Shown in pieces: positions 62,410 through 64,000 of a stretch of 64,000 nt of DNA (positions are counted from its first letter, which is position 1; every line of letters starts with the position of its first letter). The notes under the pieces were generated by a model. That model was given only the letters and a program-made list of their open reading frames with translations, ran no database searches and was not told where the DNA came from. Origin of the DNA: Acidobacteriaceae bacterium (GTDB taxonomy: Bacteria; Acidobacteriota; Terriglobia; Terriglobales; Acidobacteriaceae); NCBI GenBank assembly GCA_025350325.1, contig JANXYB010000114.1, positions 8,438-72,437 of the forward strand, in the 5' to 3' direction. A program made the translations under genes and the position numbers.

Positions 62410-63741
62410 TTACTTCCCGGCGTACGTAACATGCCAGATGGAATGCGATCCATCATCGGACACGAACAACGATCCGTCTTTCGCTTCCGCGACACCGACA
62501 GGCCGTCCCCAGACTTTGCCGTCGGGGGTTACGAATCCAGTGAGAAAGTCTTCATACTCTCCGGTGGCGTGACCGTCCTTCATGGGCAGGCGAATGACTT
62601 CGTAGCCGGCGCGCTGGGCGCGATTCCAAGAGCCGTGTTCGGCAGCGAATCCGTCGCCTTTAAATTCGGCAGGGAACTGCGAGCCCTGATAGAAAAACAT
62701 TTCAAGCGAAGCAAAATGGGGATTCACCAAGATGTCTGGCGTGATCACCCTGGCTTGTAACTCAGGATGCTTGCCTGGGTGGCGCGGGTCTTGCTTGCCG
62801 CCGCTGGGGCCGCCCATGAAGAACCACGGCCAGCCATAAAATCCACCTTCCTGCACGTGCGTCACGTAGTCGGGCACGAGGTTGTTGCCCAGACCATCGC
62901 GTTCGTTGGTTGAGCACCACAGCTCGCCGGTGATGGGGTTGATAGCTTCACCGACGCAGTTGCGCAGGCCCCACGCGTAGACCTTTACAAACTTGCCCTC
63001 CGTGGTGAACTGCAACACGTCGGCGCGGTGAAATTCCTCAGGATGCGTGTCCGAGTCGTCCACGTTTGAGTGCGATCCGACCGAAGCGAGAAGCTTGGTG
63101 CCGTCTTTCGAGAAGATGAGATCGCGCGTCCAGTGTCCGCCACCGCGCAGACGGCCGCCGCCCGGCAGCTCTGCGAGGGCACTCTGCGCGCCGCGTGCTT
63201 TGAGATCGCCATTCTGATAAGGAAAGCGAACGATGCCGTCCGTGTCGCCGATGTAAACCCACTTAGGATCGGGGCCGGCGGGATAGAACGCAATGCCAAA
63301 CGGCTGGTGCAGGCCCGTTGCGAAAACAGCGGCTTGCTGCGGTTTACCGTCCGAGCCGACGCCGCGAAAAACCCTGATTTTGCCGCTTTCGCTTTCCGCC
63401 AAAAACAGGTCCCCGTTGGGTGCCGTCCGCAGCAGGCGCGGATTGTCGAGTCCTGTGGCGTAAAGGTCAACTTTGAAACCTTTAGGTGCGATGGGCCATG
63501 CGTTGCCGGGCCGCGCGACCACGCTGGGGCCGTTGTCCACGGATTGGTCGGGCGCCGGGCCGGGCAGGTCGGCGGCGGTGAGGTGACGGCGCGTCCCCGG
63601 CGATTCGTGGGCGGCGTCGGTAAAAGCCAACTGGCCGGTCAGAGTTTTCGCCTGCGCCGTCTTGTCGGCGGCGTGAGCGCCCAAGTTGAAGAAACTGACA
63701 GCGGTGCAAAGCAGAATGTGAGATCTGAGGAAGCGGAGCAT
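62410..63741 (-). CDS. Secreted sorbosone/PQQ-dependent sugar dehydrogenase family protein
   Basis: GLDNPRLLRTAPNGDLF, GLHQPFGIAF, GGGHWTR, GLRNCVG, NERDGLG, PDYVTHV, YGWP, AEHGSWNR, GRPVGV. Confidence 0.9.
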   Translation of the reverse strand: MLRFLRSHILLCTAVSFFNLGAHAADKTAQAKTLTGQLAFTDAAHESPGTRRHLTAADLPGPAPDQSVDNGPSVVARPGNAWPIAPKGFKVDLYATGLDNPRLLRTAPNGDLFLAESESGKIRVFRGVGSDGKPQQAAVFATGLHQPFGIAFYPAGPDPKWVYIGDTDGIVRFPYQNGDLKARGAQSALAELPGGGRLRGGGHWTRDLIFSKDGTKLLASVGSHSNVDDSDTHPEEFHRADVLQFTTEGKFVKVYAWGLRNCVGEAINPITGELWCSTNERDGLGNNLVPDYVTHVQEGGFYGWPWFFMGGPSGGKQDPRHPGKHPELQARVITPDILVNPHFASLEMFFYQGSQFPAEFKGDGFAAEHGSWNRAQRAGYEVIRLPMKDGHATGEYEDFLTGFVTPDGKVWGRPVGVAEAKDGSLFVSDDGSHSIWHVTYAGK

Positions 63742-63885
63742 GACACCTCTTTAAAAATTTGGGCCGCCACGCCGTGGCGGAGCCTGTATGTAGGAGGGAT
63801 GCAGAATCGAGGTAAAGAATGCAACGAAGCCGACTGAATAAAAGGCGTTCGATGCAGGAGAAGTACGAAGGCTAGAGACGGCGAA

Positions 63886-63941
63886 ACCGCCTGAAATATG
63901 ACTTCCTCCGATGAAGCGAAGCGAAATCATATTCCGGCGGT
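63886..63941. other. Intergenic nested hairpin
   Basis: ACCGCC/GGCGGT outer stem and AATATGACTTC/GAAATCATATT inner stem (10 of 11 pairs). Confidence 0.4.
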
Positions 63942-64000
63942 CATTCGAGGAGCAGAAATCGGGAAGCGCGCTAGTAATAACTGTGATGTGGGCGGAGTGG

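Noticed and set aside
63908-63926. Hammerhead ribozyme
   Set aside because: The core reads CCGAUGA, position 16.1 would be C and there is no sequence to form stem I.

Overview
The window looks like chromosomal DNA from an Acidobacteriota (Terriglobia-like) bacterium; this is inferred from gene content and style, not from a search. It holds about 50 CDS. Most are housekeeping or envelope genes: ftsK (runs off the left edge), uppP, rnj, dapD, class I fumarase, mqnC, ggt, gltX, thiL, an M23 peptidase, GH18 and GH5 hydrolases, a SigK/RskA-type ECF pair and a vapBC module. I found no rRNA, tRNA, CRISPR array or transposase. The standout region is a co-directional, translationally coupled block at 16.6-31.2 kb. 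It encodes a secreted protein resembling the hydrazine synthase (HZS) alpha subunit (one CxxCH) and a secreted beta-propeller/di-haem fusion resembling fused HZS beta+gamma (two CxxCH plus a candidate third haem-linking Cys). The block also encodes two CRTAC1/UnbV propeller proteins, a stand-alone propeller, an orphan periplasmic binding protein and three cytoplasmic enzymes: an amidase-signature enzyme, a short DAHP synthase and a Hyg5/FkbO-like Rid protein. A sigma54-type motif lies upstream. This is my best candidate for an undescribed system: an HZS-like periplasmic haem complex outside anammox bacteria, genetically coupled to chorismate chemistry. Other observations are a VOC gene with an internal deletion, REP-like tandem hairpins and a G-quadruplex motif upstream of ftsK, an SqdX-like glycosyltransferase without sqdB, tandem PHP-fold paralogues, a 42-aa ORF missed by the track and an apparent GC-skew change near 39 kb. 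All family assignments come from motif recognition and recalled sequences; no database was searched.
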